From assembly GCA_964016885.1 (NCBI GenBank), contig OZ024743.1:241428001-241492000 (forward strand): a stretch of 64,000 nucleotides of DNA, in the 5' to 3' direction. Made by a program: the position numbers and the translations under genes. How positions within the stretch are numbered: position 1 is the stretch's first letter; each line of letters starts with the position of its first letter. Below the pieces are notes generated by a model. It worked only from the letters and a program-made list of their open reading frames with translations, searched no databases and had not been told where the DNA came from. The DNA is from Eledone cirrhosa (lineage: Eukaryota). Of this stretch, positions 13,348 through 27,719 are shown one piece after another.

Positions 13348-14790
13348 GATTTCTAATTTAGGCACAAAGCCAGCAAACTTGTAGGAAGGGAAAACTTGAT
13401 TAAATCAACCCCAATACTTGACAGGTACTTCATTTTGCCGACCCAAGAAGAGGGTTGATGTAATTGCTGGCCTTGTGCCAAAGTTAGAAAATAATATTAT
13501 CATAAAATCAAGGGTGGTTGTCCAAATGGATTGATAGATGGATGGATGGTGGGGGTAGTAAAGTTTGTGGTTGTTGTGTTGTCGGTGTTGGTATTGGTGG
13601 TGGTAGCTAAATGGATTGGTGCATAGATGGATGTTGGTGGTAATAGATGGATGTTGATGGTGATGGTAATGGATAGGTCTGTGGTTGTTGTGGTGTTGGT
13701 GGTGGTATTGGTGGTGGTAACTGGATGGTGATGGCTAAATAGCTGGATGGATGGATGGTGGAGGTGGTGGTGGATAGGTCTGTGGATGAAAATCAAAGTG
13801 AACATAGGTGCTATTTGAACTCAGATCGTAAATAGCCAAAACAAATACCGCAATGGTGTTTTGTCCGACGGTATAGCAATTCTGTCAATTAACCACCCTT
13901 AATTTTATCATAATATTATTTTCTAACTTTGGCACAAGGTCAGCAATTACATCAACCTTCGGAAGGATGAAAGGCAAACTTGATCTCGGCGAAATTTGAA
14001 GTCTGAATGTAGAAAGTCATAACTAAATACATTAAAGTATTTGTTCGATGCTCTGCTATGTTTTGTGATGATATTAGTTTCTGATTTAGACACAGGGCCA
14101 ACAATTTTGAGGGAAGAGAAAGTCAATTAAATCGATGCCAGTGCATTACTTGTACTTTATTTTATTGACCCCCACAAGGATGAAAAGCAAAACTAACCTC
14201 TGCAGGGCTTAAACTCCGATAGTAAAGGGGCGTAACCTTATGCCATAAAACATGTTGTCCAATGCTCTAAAGATTCTGCCAATCCACCCCCGTGACATGT
14301 GATAATATTAAATACATTTCAGTTAAGCAATAATGATTTCTAGCATAGGCACAAGGCCAGTTATTTGGGGGAAGGGGAAAGTCAATTAAATCGACCCCAG
14401 TACGTTACTGGTGCTTTATTTTATCGACCCCGTAAGGATGAAAGGCAAAGTTAACCTCGGCGGGATTTGAACTCAGACCGTGAAGGGCTGTAACTCTATG
14501 CTGCAAAGCATGTTGTCCGACGCTCTACCGATTCTGCCAATCCACCGCCGTGTCATGTGATATTAAATACATTTCAGTTAAGCAATAATTGTTTCTATTT
14601 TTGGCACAAGGCCAGCAATTATCCCAGTGTATTACTGGTACTTTATTTTATCGACCCCGTAAGGATGAAAGGCAAAATTAACCTCGGCGGGATTTGAACT
14701 CAGAATGACAAGGGCCGTAACTCTATGCGTCAAAGCATGGCGTCCGACCCTCTACCGATACTGCCAATCCACTTTCAGTTAAGCAATAAT
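13348..14790 (-). mobile_element. Cluster of tRNA-derived SINE copies (about 13348-13445, 13805-13900, 13920-14060, 14078-14290, 14337-14550, 14590-14772)
   Basis: Minus strand reads GGCGGTGGATTGGCAGAATCGGTAG (A box)...GAGTTCAAATCCC (B box)...CTTTGCCTTTCATCCTTACGGGGTCGATAAAATAAAG.ACCAG...GGCCTTGTGCC. Confidence 0.85.
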
Positions 14791-14837
14791 GGCAACTATC
14801 CTGCCTGTAAATACTATGCTGGTCAATAGGTGCGAAA

Positions 14838-15075
14838 GGCGGTGAATTGGTAGAGTCGTTACAACGTTGGGTAGAATACTTTGCAGTATTAGACTCGACT
14901 CTGCTCTTTCAGTTCAAATCACGCCGAGTTCAACTTTGCCTTTCATCCATTCGAGGCCGATAAAAAAAGTACCAGTTCAGTACTTGGGCCGATTCTTCCT
15001 CTATATCTCTTTCTCACTTCCATTCTCTCACCCTCTCTTTCCTTCTCTGGAAGAAATCTGCTGTTTTCAAACCTG
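14838..15075 (+). mobile_element. Older SINE of the same superfamily; another at ~15290-15515
   Basis: GGCGGTGAATTGGTAGAG...GTTCAAATC...CTTTGCCTTTCATCC; both carry a CTCTGGAAGAAATC tail motif. Confidence 0.75.
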
Positions 15076-16042
15076 GAAAGTATTGGGCTCCACCAGGTTT
15101 TAAAATGCCCTTAAAATGCCGTATATCAATACGGCACACTTACAACTACCCCAGGAGTTACAGGACCATGCCATTACAAACGGGTGAGGAAGCAAGAAAA
15201 GCAGACGATATATTATGTCTTGTCAAGAGTTTGCCTATCTTCCCCAAACTCCAGATATACCAAGAAGTTCTAGTCAAACAACAACGAAATGGCAGAGTTG
15301 TTAGAACGTCGGATATAACATTTTGTCGTATTAATTCTAGCTCCCTGCGTTCTCGGATTTCAAATCCTGTCGAAGTCAACTTTGCTTTAATTCTTTCAAG
15401 GTCGATGTACAAATACCAGTCCAGCATTGGGGTCAATTCTTCCTTTATATCTCCTTTTCACTTCCTCACTATCAAACATTCTCCCTTTCTCTGGAAGAAA
15501 TCGGCTGTGGGACTGTCTCCTCCCATGACACACCGTTTGTTATGACGGTGCCCATTAGAAGTTACGGGTACATTCATACTTACTAATCAAAAATATTTTT
15601 GAGTTGACTAAAGAATATCTGTATGAGAAATATTCCATCTTAGAATCATTTGCTGTCACTCCTATGTAGTATTTCTTAAAGAACTACCATTCAATTCTAC
15701 CTTTGTTCGTATACTTAGTTAGGAACTGGCGTGCCAGTTTCCGTGAAGTTGACAGTTACATGCATTCGTATGAAACTGTAACATAATTTCTATTAAAGAT
15801 TTTATATAAGTGTTCTCTCATAAAATGAGGTGCGACCAAATTAAGAAATTTCTTAGTTATATGTATTGGAACATTCATGCTAAAAATTAAATTATACCAC
15901 AAATTATTTTTAGCTGTATTTCTAAGACTGGTGATATATTATATCCTATACGAAAGACGAAATGAATAAAACAAAAGCGAAAGAAGATTAAGAACCAGTT
16001 ACTAAATCAAACATTAAATGGGTTAGCTACCTGATTAATAAT

Positions 16043-16227
16043 TGTTTCTACTTTAAGCACAAGGCCAGCAATTACCCAGTACATTACTGGTACTTTATTT
16101 TATCGACTCCGTAAGGATGAAAGGCAAAGTTAACCTCGGCGGGATTTGAACTCAGACTCTAAAGGGACGTAATTATGCTAGAAAGCATGGCGTCCAACCA
16201 TCTACCGATACTGCCAATTCCCCGCCC
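16043..16227 (-). mobile_element. tRNA-derived SINE
   Basis: Same A box, B box and central block as the 14-kb copies. Confidence 0.85.
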
Positions 16228-16318
16228 TGATTAATAATAAAACCCAAACGATATTCACTAGTGCGTGCGATTTTATTGGCAGGATGACCCTCCCAAACTA
16301 TAATATGTATACACACAC

Positions 16319-16354
<36 letters not shown>

Positions 16355-16375
16355 GTATGTATATATATATATATG

Positions 16376-16448
<73 letters not shown>

Positions 16449-17392
16449 TATATATACACACATATGTATATATATATGTCAGGTCACTCTCAAGTGCTAC
16501 TCGTAACATATATCCCTGTACAACCTGTCTCATAGTTGGGTCGTCGGCGACTAAACCGTCAACCCCACCAAGCTTGCTTGGAGAGGAGGGTGATATTTGG
16601 ACACCCTGCACAAAATGATAATACAGATAATACACCCTGCACAAAATGATAATACAGAGTCCCGAGACTAATACGAAATAATTGTTTCTACCCCAAGCAC
16701 AAGGCCAGTATTATTATTTTGTGGTAGTTTCTTTAGTATTTTGGCCCTCCACTTGTTGACCCGTCACCGTAAGATATACTCGGTTGATTACTACTAACAC
16801 TTAAAATGGTCTCATTATAATTCCGTTCCACCTAGTAAACTTTTCTATAGTTTAGCAGTGCCAGTGAGAGAATTGATGACTGTCGTTAGGGAATAGTAAC
16901 CAGAAATTGTTTTTTTTATACCTTTAACATTCTCGGTATTCTTCTATATATTTACCCCATATTGTTTTACTTATTGTTTCGACTTCCTCCCGCTGCCCCT
17001 CCCTAGTATACTTGCTTGACCACCTGCCCTGCTGTAGTTGGCACTATCAACGCACGACTGGGTTTCCTCCACCCCCTCTCCCTCTTTCTTCTACTGGCAG
17101 GTTCAGCTACCCCTTCCTTCCACAAATTGCCATGATAGAATTATGTGTCTCAACAACAAAGTTTTGACCAATCCTTGTGACAATCACTTTTACCATATAT
17201 GGAATTACCCCCTGAGAAGCTCGGCTATTCATATACCAGGATAAAAATGTTCATTTAGTCCAGAATTAGCCGTCGAAACGGGTTGAGCTCAGCCGTCGGG
17301 TCCTACTCGTTCTTATTACCCACTCTACTACTCTAAGTATTGAGTACTTTGGTGCATTATGGTCCACCTCGTTCCTTACCACCTTTCCTTCG

Positions 17393-17445
<53 letters not shown>

Positions 17446-17599
17446 GATTGGTGCTCTTAAACAGCGATGTATTCATGAATGTATGTACAGTATATCTGGC
17501 GATAGACTGCATGTTTAGTTAAAAATATTTTGAAGACATCGAGCTATTATTTTAAAGTAGTGACTATGTCACTTCTTTTTTTCAACAAGGGAAGGGAGA

Positions 17600-17645
17600 T
17601 AAGCTGACAGATCTGTTTCACACTGTTGGTGTTCATCAGAGCTTA
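17600..17645 (-). ncRNA. Type I hammerhead ribozyme (family E, mirror copy)
   Basis: Exact reverse complement of 17831-17876. Confidence 0.88.
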
Positions 17646-17830
17646 GCACTCGCCGACCTTTGTTGAAGATTATAGAGGCTGGATTCTTATAGAATTCCAG
17701 TAACAATCAGGAACTGATTATACAGAGCGATTGCTGGATCGGCAATCGCTCTGTATAATCAGTTCCTGATTATTACTGGAATTCTATAAGAATCCAGCCT
17801 CTATAATCTTCAACAAAGGTCGGCGAGTGC

Positions 17831-17876
17831 TAAGCTCTGATGAACACCAACAGTGTGAAACAGATCTGTCAGCTTA
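17831..17876 (+). ncRNA. Type I hammerhead ribozyme (family E)
   Basis: TAAGCT-CTGATGA-ACAC caaca GTGT-GAAA-CAGATCTG-TC-AGCTTA; all three stems pair; GUC cleavage triplet. Confidence 0.9.
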
Positions 17877-17996
17877 TCTCCCTTCCCTTGTTGACAAAAA
17901 GAAGTGACATAGTCACTACTTTAAAATAATAGCTCAATGTCTTCAAAATATTTTTAACTAAACATACAGTGTATCGCCAGATATACTATACATACA

Positions 17997-18050
<54 letters not shown>

Positions 18051-18051
<1 letters not shown>

Positions 18052-18136
18052 TTCGTTTCTGAATTAAATTGAAGTGAAAGCAACTGGTGCGTGTGTTTCT
18101 TATTGGCAACATGACCCTCCCAAAGTATAACAATAT
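18051..18136. mobile_element. Family D copy 2, minimal two-part insertion
   Basis: 15-nt inverted long terminus (TTTCGTTTCTGAATT) fused to ~70 nt ending at the short terminus GTATAACAATA. Confidence 0.8.
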
Positions 18137-18320
18137 ATTTATATATATATATATATAAGTGGAAGCTTAGTAAAATCGAAGCTTTGGCTGTTGGCAAGCA
18201 AAGTCAACCTACAGTTAGGAATGAGTAGCAAAGCGCTCAATAAGGGTGGGTCCTTAGAGTAATAACATTACGTTTAGATAGCTTGACAAATTTACACATA
18301 CACACATGCATACTTATTTG

Positions 18321-18360
<40 letters not shown>

Positions 18361-18365
<5 letters not shown>

Positions 18366-19767
18366 CACGGGGATAGCCATGGGCACAATAATGGGCCCAA
18401 ACTATGACAACCTTTTTGTTGGCCATGCTGAGGCCCAAATCTTTGCCCAGTACACCGGCCCCACGTCCGAACTGTACGGTCGTTACATCGACGACTGTAT
18501 CGGAGCCACAACCCTCACCCGAGAACAGCTCGACTCCTTTCTCTCCTTCTTCTGCTCCTTCCACCCCGCCCTCCACTTCACCACCTCTATCTCCACCACC
18601 CACGTCCACTCTTTAGACATCTCCGTCGCCTTCGACCCCTCCCACCACTCCCTCGTCACTTCCGCCTTCTTCGGACCCACCGTCTCCCACTCCTACCTCG
18701 ACTTCACCTCTTCCCACCCTCACACACTAAACACTCTATTCCCTACTCCCAACACCTCAGGATCCGCCGAATCTGTAGCCGAGATGCTGACTTTGAGTCC
18801 CAGGCCCTTTCCCTAGTCAGCCATTTCATCCGCAGAGGTTACTCCCCCTCTCTCGTCCACACCGCCCTCACCTGCGCCCGTGTTGTTACCGCTCCACCAC
18901 CCTCACCCCACGCCACCGCACATCCACTCACCGTCTCCCCTTCCCCAACACACAACCCTCCTCCTGCCTTGACCTTCTGACCACTTCCCGTTCCGCGCGC
19001 TCCCCACATCTCCCCTCTTCCGATCAACCCAACCACGGATTACACACATTGGACATCGCTCCCACGAATCAACTCCATCACAAGGAAATTACCGGGCATC
19101 CCACCACATCCGCTACGGAATTACCTTAGGAACTAACCCATGGACATACACTAAAAAAATGTTTTTTTCCACACGCCACCTACATCCACAATACGTATAA
19201 ACACCACACACACGTGCGTACCACCACATATTTACACACTAAACCTCCGGATCTTCTCCTCCCCTCCCTCACCCCTCTGACCTCTCCCCATCCACACACA
19301 CACACACCGACCTCCACCCCACCCCACACACACCTTTTCCTGAACATGCAACCCCGTTCTTCCCTCAACTCTCACATTCACATACACACACACACACACG
19401 TACACCTACACACACACACACCACCTTCAGCCCTCCCCGCTCGGACACCCCCTCCCTCTCCCCACTCCACTCGCCCCACCCTCTACACGCCCCACACCTT
19501 CCACCACTTGTTTTACTTCATGTTTATTTTTATTTTTATTATGCTTTTATATTTATTTTCATTTGTACCGTTTCCTCTCACCCCTTTCTTTTCAATGTCT
19601 CTCCCCCACTCCCCTACACACCCTTGGAACTCTCTTCCCACACACTTTCGCCTGAAGAAGGGCTTATGCCCGAAACGTCGTCCCCCACCACCACCCCACT
19701 CTCAAGAGCGTGAAACTAATAAACATTTGTTCGTACTGCCTCTCTGTTTTGTTCCCGTTCAATTTTT

Positions 19768-19771
<4 letters not shown>
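18361..19771 (+). mobile_element. Truncated, internally deleted PLE (Neptune-like; family I) with RT fragment, 3' UTR and minimal HHR
   Basis: QVTGIAMGTIMGPNYDNLFVG...GRYIDD...HPALHFT...LDISV...SYLDFTSSHP; CTGAAGA-A-GGGC ttat GCCC-GAAA-CG-TC at 19652-19679 (stem I weak); ends AATAAA...(TA)n. Confidence 0.9.
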
Positions 19772-19835
<64 letters not shown>

Positions 19836-19841
<6 letters not shown>

Positions 19842-20535
19842 TATGAAGAGAGAAGAAACATTTAGATATAATTAGTAATAAAATGTATCATACCTAAACT
19901 GCTCCTAAATTCCTCGACTACGTAGTTTCGTGGCATAAACAAAAACAATATATCATAAAGATATAGAGTCCCTGCGAGGTCTGCCGACTTAATAACTCCC
20001 TCTGGTCGAGCAATCTTTGAGGTGTGGGGACAACTGGAAAGCTTCCATTACTCATACTTCTAGCCTTCTTCACCACCTCTTCTGCGGCCTCGATATGAAT
20101 ACCCCCTCCGCCTCTGTGGTATTTTCTTCGTGGTTATAAGAGGCTTAGCTCTGTTTCTCGACCGTTATATCGCGTGACTATCTCCCCCTCCGCCTTTTGG
20201 GATTCTTTCTCACGTCGTGTAGACGCGTTCTTGAGACTAGTAAAATGAGGTATCCTCTTGATAAGTCGGCAGACCTCGCAGGGACTCTATATCTTTATGA
20301 TATATTGTTTTTGTTTATGCCACGAAACTACGTAGTCGAGGAATTTAGGAGCAGTTTAGGTATGATACATTTTATTACTAATTATATCTAAATGTTTCTT
20401 CTCTCTTCATAATGTATTTTTAACTCTGATACTGGTTCAGTCTAGTTCAACTGAATTGGTCTGTCCCGGTTATTCATTGAGCAACATCGGTGAAGTTGGC
20501 ACCCTTAACACACAGTTGGGTGCGGATGCATTCAT
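19836..20535. mobile_element. Fold-back element (family F), apparently identical 156-bp arms 19836-19991/20262-20417, ~110-nt right extension
   Basis: Arms read as exact reverse complements; follows (TA)n. Confidence 0.9.
20253..20342 (+). ncRNA. Variant hammerhead ribozyme with U3-A8 core and ~46-nt stem II insert
   Basis: TCCTC-TTGATAA-GT(c)GGCA...TGCCAC-GAAA-CTACGTAG-TC-GAGGA. Confidence 0.7.
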
Positions 20536-20572
20536 GTATATATGTGTGTGTCCGCATGTATCTGTGTGTTTC

Positions 20573-20600
<28 letters not shown>

Positions 20601-20607
<7 letters not shown>

Positions 20608-21108
20608 ATACTTGGGGAGGGTCATATTTGTGTAATATTGCCAGAATTAATAACATAACACACTCACTGTTTGTTTGGTTTTCGCTTTTCGCTTCTGTGT
20701 CTTTTATATCGGTAATCTAATTTATTCGGTCCTCAATGTTGCCACTGACTGACCAACGGTCAGAAAATGGCGTAGAAAATACAATGCAACGGGAGGAGAC
20801 AATAGCACCACTGACGATGTTGCAGATATGCAACGAAAGAACTTTGATAAACTATATATATGTGTTTGTGTCTATATTGTATCTGTATTATTTTTGACCG
20901 TTGGTCAGTCAATGGCAACATTGAGGACCGAATAAATTAGATTACCGATATAAAAACACAGAAGCGAAAAGCGAAAACCAACCAAACAGTGAGTGTGTTC
21001 TGTTATTAATTCTGGCAATATTACACAAACATGACGCTCCCCAAGTATATCAATATTTGTTTCGACACACGATTTCATATAAAAAACCTCGCAAAACTAA
21101 TTCATCGC

Positions 21109-21110
<2 letters not shown>
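20601..21110 (+). mobile_element. Family D copy 3 (subfamily), inverted arm 20601-20766, HHR core 20806-20849
   Basis: CTGACGA-T-GTTGCA gata TGCAAC-GAAA-GAAC-TT (stem I weak); left arm is the reverse complement of ~20892-21054. Confidence 0.85.
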
Positions 21111-21144
<34 letters not shown>

Positions 21145-21146
<2 letters not shown>

Positions 21147-21970
21147 TTCATATGAATTATTGATTTATTGATAGTTTATCTGAGTGACCCGAATCTTCCT
21201 GGTCGTTATTTTTCAGCCGCATGGGTGATTTTAGGCATAATCTTTGTGTGTTGGTATTTTAACGATAGTTATAGCTCTGATTTATCTGAATTATTGAGCC
21301 CTCTGCCACTCATGTCGGATTTGTTTATCGTAAACTCGTGAGCTGATTTTCCGATACTCGATTATTCTACTATATTTAGCTCTAGACTTAGCTATTGACC
21401 AGTTAATTTTATTGTTCATTTATTGTCGATTCTATTAAATGATGAATAGCTCCTGTTTATTTTAACATGTCTATCGAGCACTCTTATTCGATATGTAGTT
21501 TCCCACATTACCGAAAAATTTTCGCGGATATAGAGGTTATCTCCCTTGCTGGACTCCATGTGCGTCTCAGCTAGGGTTAGCTTCTTTATTCGTTTGGACA
21601 AGACCCGTTGATAAAGTGTTCCGGTCCATCCGCTCTCTAGAAGTCTTATATATTTTTATGTGGGCTGATAGGGGGCGGATTAAGGAATTGCAGAAACCCA
21701 AGAAGCTAGATTTACCATCTTTCTAGTGGGTCCGGGTAAGTTTTTTACATTCATATGAATTATTGATTTATTGATATTTTATCTGAGTGACCCGAATCTT
21801 CCTGGTCGTTATTTTTCGGCCGCATGGGTGATTTTAGGCATAATCTTTGTGTGTTGGTATTTTAACGATAGTTATAGCTCTGATTTATCTGAATTATTGA
21901 GCCCTCTGCCACTCATGTCGGATTTGTTTATCGTAAACTCGTGAGCTGATTTTCCGATACTCGATTATTC

Positions 21971-21975
<5 letters not shown>
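21145..21975 (-). mobile_element. Element with ~230-bp direct repeats (21145-21375, 21748-21975; period ~603 bp), possibly degenerate PLE GIY-YIG 3' end
   Basis: Near-identical repeats between (TA)n tracts; minus-strand fragments WETTYRIRV, INWSI, GLN...EL weakly recall a GIY-YIG C-terminus. Confidence 0.5.
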
Positions 21976-23079
<1,104 letters not shown>

Positions 23080-23154
23080 TAAAACCAAGGTTTAGCAAAT
23101 AGAGAAAAAGTTATAAGATACATTTTAAAAAGTTCGCTGTACTTACTATATGTA

Positions 23155-23236
23155 CCCTTACCGCGCGGTTTCAAATCACAAAATAAATGGATAATCCATG
23201 CGGACCACCATTGAGAAGGGGATTCTCGTCAGAAGG
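23155..23236 (-). ncRNA. Type I hammerhead ribozyme with long stem II loop (family G, downstream copy)
   Basis: CCTT-CTGACGA-GAATCCC...GTGATTT-GAAA-CCGCGCGG-TA-AGGG; one stem II mismatch. Confidence 0.78.
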
Positions 23237-23643
23237 TTCTTCTCGCTCGGAGAATATAAAATTCTCGAGTTCAAATCACAAACTGGCGCCATACAAAACT
23301 GTTCCCGGATGAGAGAGAATGAGGAAGGAATCAATTTTGTCTAGTGCCGTGTGTAAAGACAGAAGGCAGGGGCGGACATGTCAATGTCCTGCCACTAGAA
23401 ATAGCACCAGTTCAAACGACCAAAATGTTATTTCAACCTTAGGGGAGATTAATAATAATAAAGTATGTGTTCCTACGTGTAAAAAATACATATAGGGACA
23501 CAAGTATTATCCAACCGTATGCCAATGTGGTTCTATGGCAGGTTAATAAATTAACGAGCCAGAACATATAAAATCAAGGTTTAGCAAATAGAGAAAAAAT
23601 TTCAAAATAAATTTTAAAAAGTTCGCTGTACTTACTATATGTA

Positions 23644-23725
23644 CCCTTACCGCGCGGTTTCAAATCCCAAAATAAATGGATAATCCATGCGGACCACCAT
23701 TGAGAAGGGGATTCTCGTCAGAAGG
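23644..23725 (-). ncRNA. Type I hammerhead ribozyme with long stem II loop (family G, upstream copy)
   Basis: CCTT-CTGACGA-GAATCCC [~39 nt] GGGATTT-GAAA-CCGCGCGG-TA-AGGG. Confidence 0.85.
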
Positions 23726-23921
23726 TTCTTCTCGCTCGGAGAATATCAAATTTCCGAGTTCACATTACAAACTGGCGCCATACAAAACTGTTCCCGGATG
23801 AGAGAGAATGAGGAAGGAACCAATTTTGTCAAGTATTTTGGGATTTGAAACCGCGCGGTAAGGGTACATATAGTAAGTACATCGAACTTTTTAAAATGCA
23901 TTTTAAAACTTTTTCTCTATT

Positions 23922-23987
<66 letters not shown>

Positions 23988-24728
23988 GGGGGGAGGAGAG
24001 TCCCTCTCATCAGTCGACCTCTGGAGTTCCTTGTTGAATCGCTGCATTAAGATTGATAATATACAAACATTAATTTTTTTTATGATTTTCGTTAGTACGT
24101 TCGCCCTATATGGATAGACACACCGGACACCGGGTGAGATGGGAGAGGGAGACAGGGGATAGGAGAGAGAGGGGGTGGAGAAAGTGGTGAAAGAGAGTGG
24201 GAGTGAGAAATAGTGAGAGAGAGAGAGTAAAAAAATGTTGGTAAAGCCGATAATATGCGGCTAAAAATATAAAGATAGAACTGGAGTAAGGACAATGACA
24301 AACAACGAAATAATGTTTTACACAATATATTTTATCATGGTATTTCTAGATAAAGACTTTTTCAAATAATAACCGATGAATGCAGACAAATGAAACGTTC
24401 TGTTCTCACGAACTTTTCCTGCGTTGTGTGTGATTGATTGTTGGTGAAAGTGGGACATCAGTTGGCCAGTTTACTCCACGCTCAGCACATGCCTATTTAT
24501 AATGGGTTCCTTTAATTTCTGAATTACCCACGTTCCTCTCGGAATCATCTATGATAGCCTTAATATCTCATGTGTGGCCTTTCTCCAGGTTTCCTTTGAC
24601 AGGGAAAGCATATTTTGTTTGTCTTCTAATTCTCCGCTCAACCTCACCTTTCCCATTCTTCACTAGATTGTGTTGTTTTAATATTTACAATCCCATATGC
24701 ACTGTCTTTCCAAGACACAACAACTTGG

Positions 24729-24910
<182 letters not shown>

Positions 24911-24920
24911 ATATATATAT

Positions 24921-25681
24921 ATATTGTTATACTTGGAGAGAGTCATATTTGTGTAATATTGCCAGAATTAATAACAGAACACACTCACTGTTTGGTTGGT
25001 TTTCGCTTTTCGCTTCTGTGTCTTGTATATCGGTAATCTAATTTATTCGGTCCTCAATGTTGCCACTGACTGACCAACGGTAAAAAATAATGCAGATACA
25101 ATATAGACACAAACACATATATATAGTTTATCAAAGTTCTTTCGTTGCACATCTGCAACATCGTCAGTTGTGCTATTGTTTCCTCCCGTTGCATTGTATT
25201 TTCTACACCATCTTTATTTAGTCTGTTTATATATTTATTTATTAGTTTATTTTATTTTGTCTTCTTTGCGCATGCGTTTGCGTGTGTGTATAGAGTTTTG
25301 TTTGATGTGTGTTCGTGATTGGGTGACTGTGTATTGGTTAATGTATTCTATCTTTACTAGTGTGTGTTTATATGTGTTTGTTGTTATTGTGCTGGTGTAT
25401 GAATTTATTTATTTATTTATCTATTTATTTATTTATACTTCTCTTAGGTCAGTGTTGTTTATTTGGGTGTTGTTGTTATTCCATTCATTTTTTCTGTTTA
25501 GCCTTGGCCTTCTAAGTTCTATTTCACTGGCCTCTCTGATTTGCCTATCTGGTGGGTCATTTCTACGTTTAGGTATTATTCTAATTTCTATGTTGTCTAT
25601 GTTACCGTCCCCAAGTATAACAATATTTGTTTTGACACACGATTTCATATAAAAAACCTCGCAAAACTAATTCATCGCCGT
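24921..25681 (-). mobile_element. Family D copy 4: GIY-YIG C-terminus (~25480-25606), HHR core 25129-25172, inverted long terminus 25609-25680
   Basis: GNIDNIEIRII...RQIREASEI...PRLNRKNEWN matches the 6851 ORF; CTGACGA-T-GTTGCA gatg TGCAAC-GAAA. Confidence 0.88.
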
Positions 25682-25739
<58 letters not shown>

Positions 25740-25991
25740 CATACAGAGAGAGAGAGACACACCCACACGCATATATATATATATATATAAAATTATCCTG
25801 AGTCGATTTTCTCGTTGCTTTGGTCCTTGCGGCTGGCTTACCGGTCGCGATCTTCAATTTTCAAAGCTGTCTAAACGTAATGTTATTACTCTAAGGTAAA
25901 ATACCTTATTAAGAGCTTAACTGCATATCCCGATTGCATTCGTTAGCTTAGCTGCAGCCAGAGCTTCGATTATGCTGAACTTCCATCTGGG

Positions 25992-26110
<119 letters not shown>

Positions 26111-26826
26111 TTATATATACATGTGTGTATGTATATATACAGAGAGAGAGAGAGAGAGTGTTCGTGTGGGGGAAATGGTAGAAAGAGGAATGTAAGTTTT
26201 AATCGTTAAAATAGTTAAGATTCATTCAGTTATCTTTCATAAAATGCTTAAATTTGTGTTACAATGTTATATTGCCATCGACATTGTAAATTTTTCATTT
26301 ATATTTAATTTCATTTTTCGATACTTCACAATCAATTATGTATGTCTATACTTTAATACTTGACAACCTGGTCATACGCTCAATGATTGAGTATTTTACT
26401 ACTTAATAATATATATTACCGATGTGATACAGTGAAATGTCAAATAGTTAAAGTCGGAAATGTACGGGAGTTGACTGATAAGATAACGATAATAATAATC
26501 GGAACTCGTTTTGGGACAATTTAAAACACGGTGAAAATAAATTTAGGATTTAAAAGCCGAACAATGTGCTTGATGAGAAACATGTTAAACGTGGTTTTTA
26601 TTCAAAATGCTCAACCTTAATAAACCATGGTGAAATTCAAGTGTATCAGCACGATTTCATTAAATGAATGCATGTACCAATCTTATCTCGGAGAGGTCAC
26701 GCTGTATCGCGCTCAAAGCCCGGCGCAGAATAATGTATATATTTATGTATGAACATCCCCTCCACAAACACAAAGGCACACATACATACATACATATCTA
26801 TACACATACCCACACACACATGCCCC

Positions 26827-26886
<60 letters not shown>

Positions 26887-27541
26887 ATATGGATGCAGTA
26901 AAAACCTGTTAAAAACATTAATCACCATGCTTGGGTTAGTAAAGTATGGTAATATGAAAGAGTCAGGAGCCCAACAACTGAGCTCTTGCCGTTTGAACAG
27001 CTAGTTCCAGAGACTGGAACTGAGGCATCGGAGTTCCGATTCTTTCATATATATATATATATATATATACATATGTCGTAAAAATCTTTTGGATTATCTC
27101 CCTTTCCCTTATCCCTCTCACTTCCGACTGCTCCGTCTCTCTCTCTCTCTTCCCTCACTCTGCTGAGATCGCACGGAGCTACATCGCTCCTAGTTATTGC
27201 ACCACAAGACCAAAATCTAATCGGTTCATTGTAACTTATTCTACTTTTTCCTCGGTTAGTCACTTGCACGTTCCACTGTCCTGTGCACACCCCCCTCCAT
27301 TCGGTTTCTTTACTTCGATTTTTCCTCTTTTTTACTCTCTCCTCACTTTTTTTTCTTTTCTTTCATTCATGGCCTTTTTATCGATAAAAGCCTTGGGCGC
27401 GCTGCTGATGGCTTTCGATGTCCTGTTTTAAGCGCCGAAACATCTATGATCTGCAGTTAACAGCTGATGAAGTGGTTCTTCTCTCGTCTCGTCCATATTA
27501 CCATCGTAAACTTTGTTTACAGTTACCATACAGCCCGCTTC

Positions 27542-27719
<178 letters not shown>

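Larger units (their letters stand above)
17441..18001. mobile_element. Near-perfect fold-back element (family E), ~260-bp arms around a 3-nt loop at 17738, ~34-nt left extension
   Basis: GAGCGATTGCTG gat CGGCAATCGCTC axis; about 7 mismatches between arms; (TA)n both sides. Confidence 0.95.

Noticed and set aside
27400-27460. CTGATGG...GCC-GAAA-CATCTATG hammerhead-like string
   Set aside because: A9 and U16.1 are missing and stem I is unclear; at most a relic
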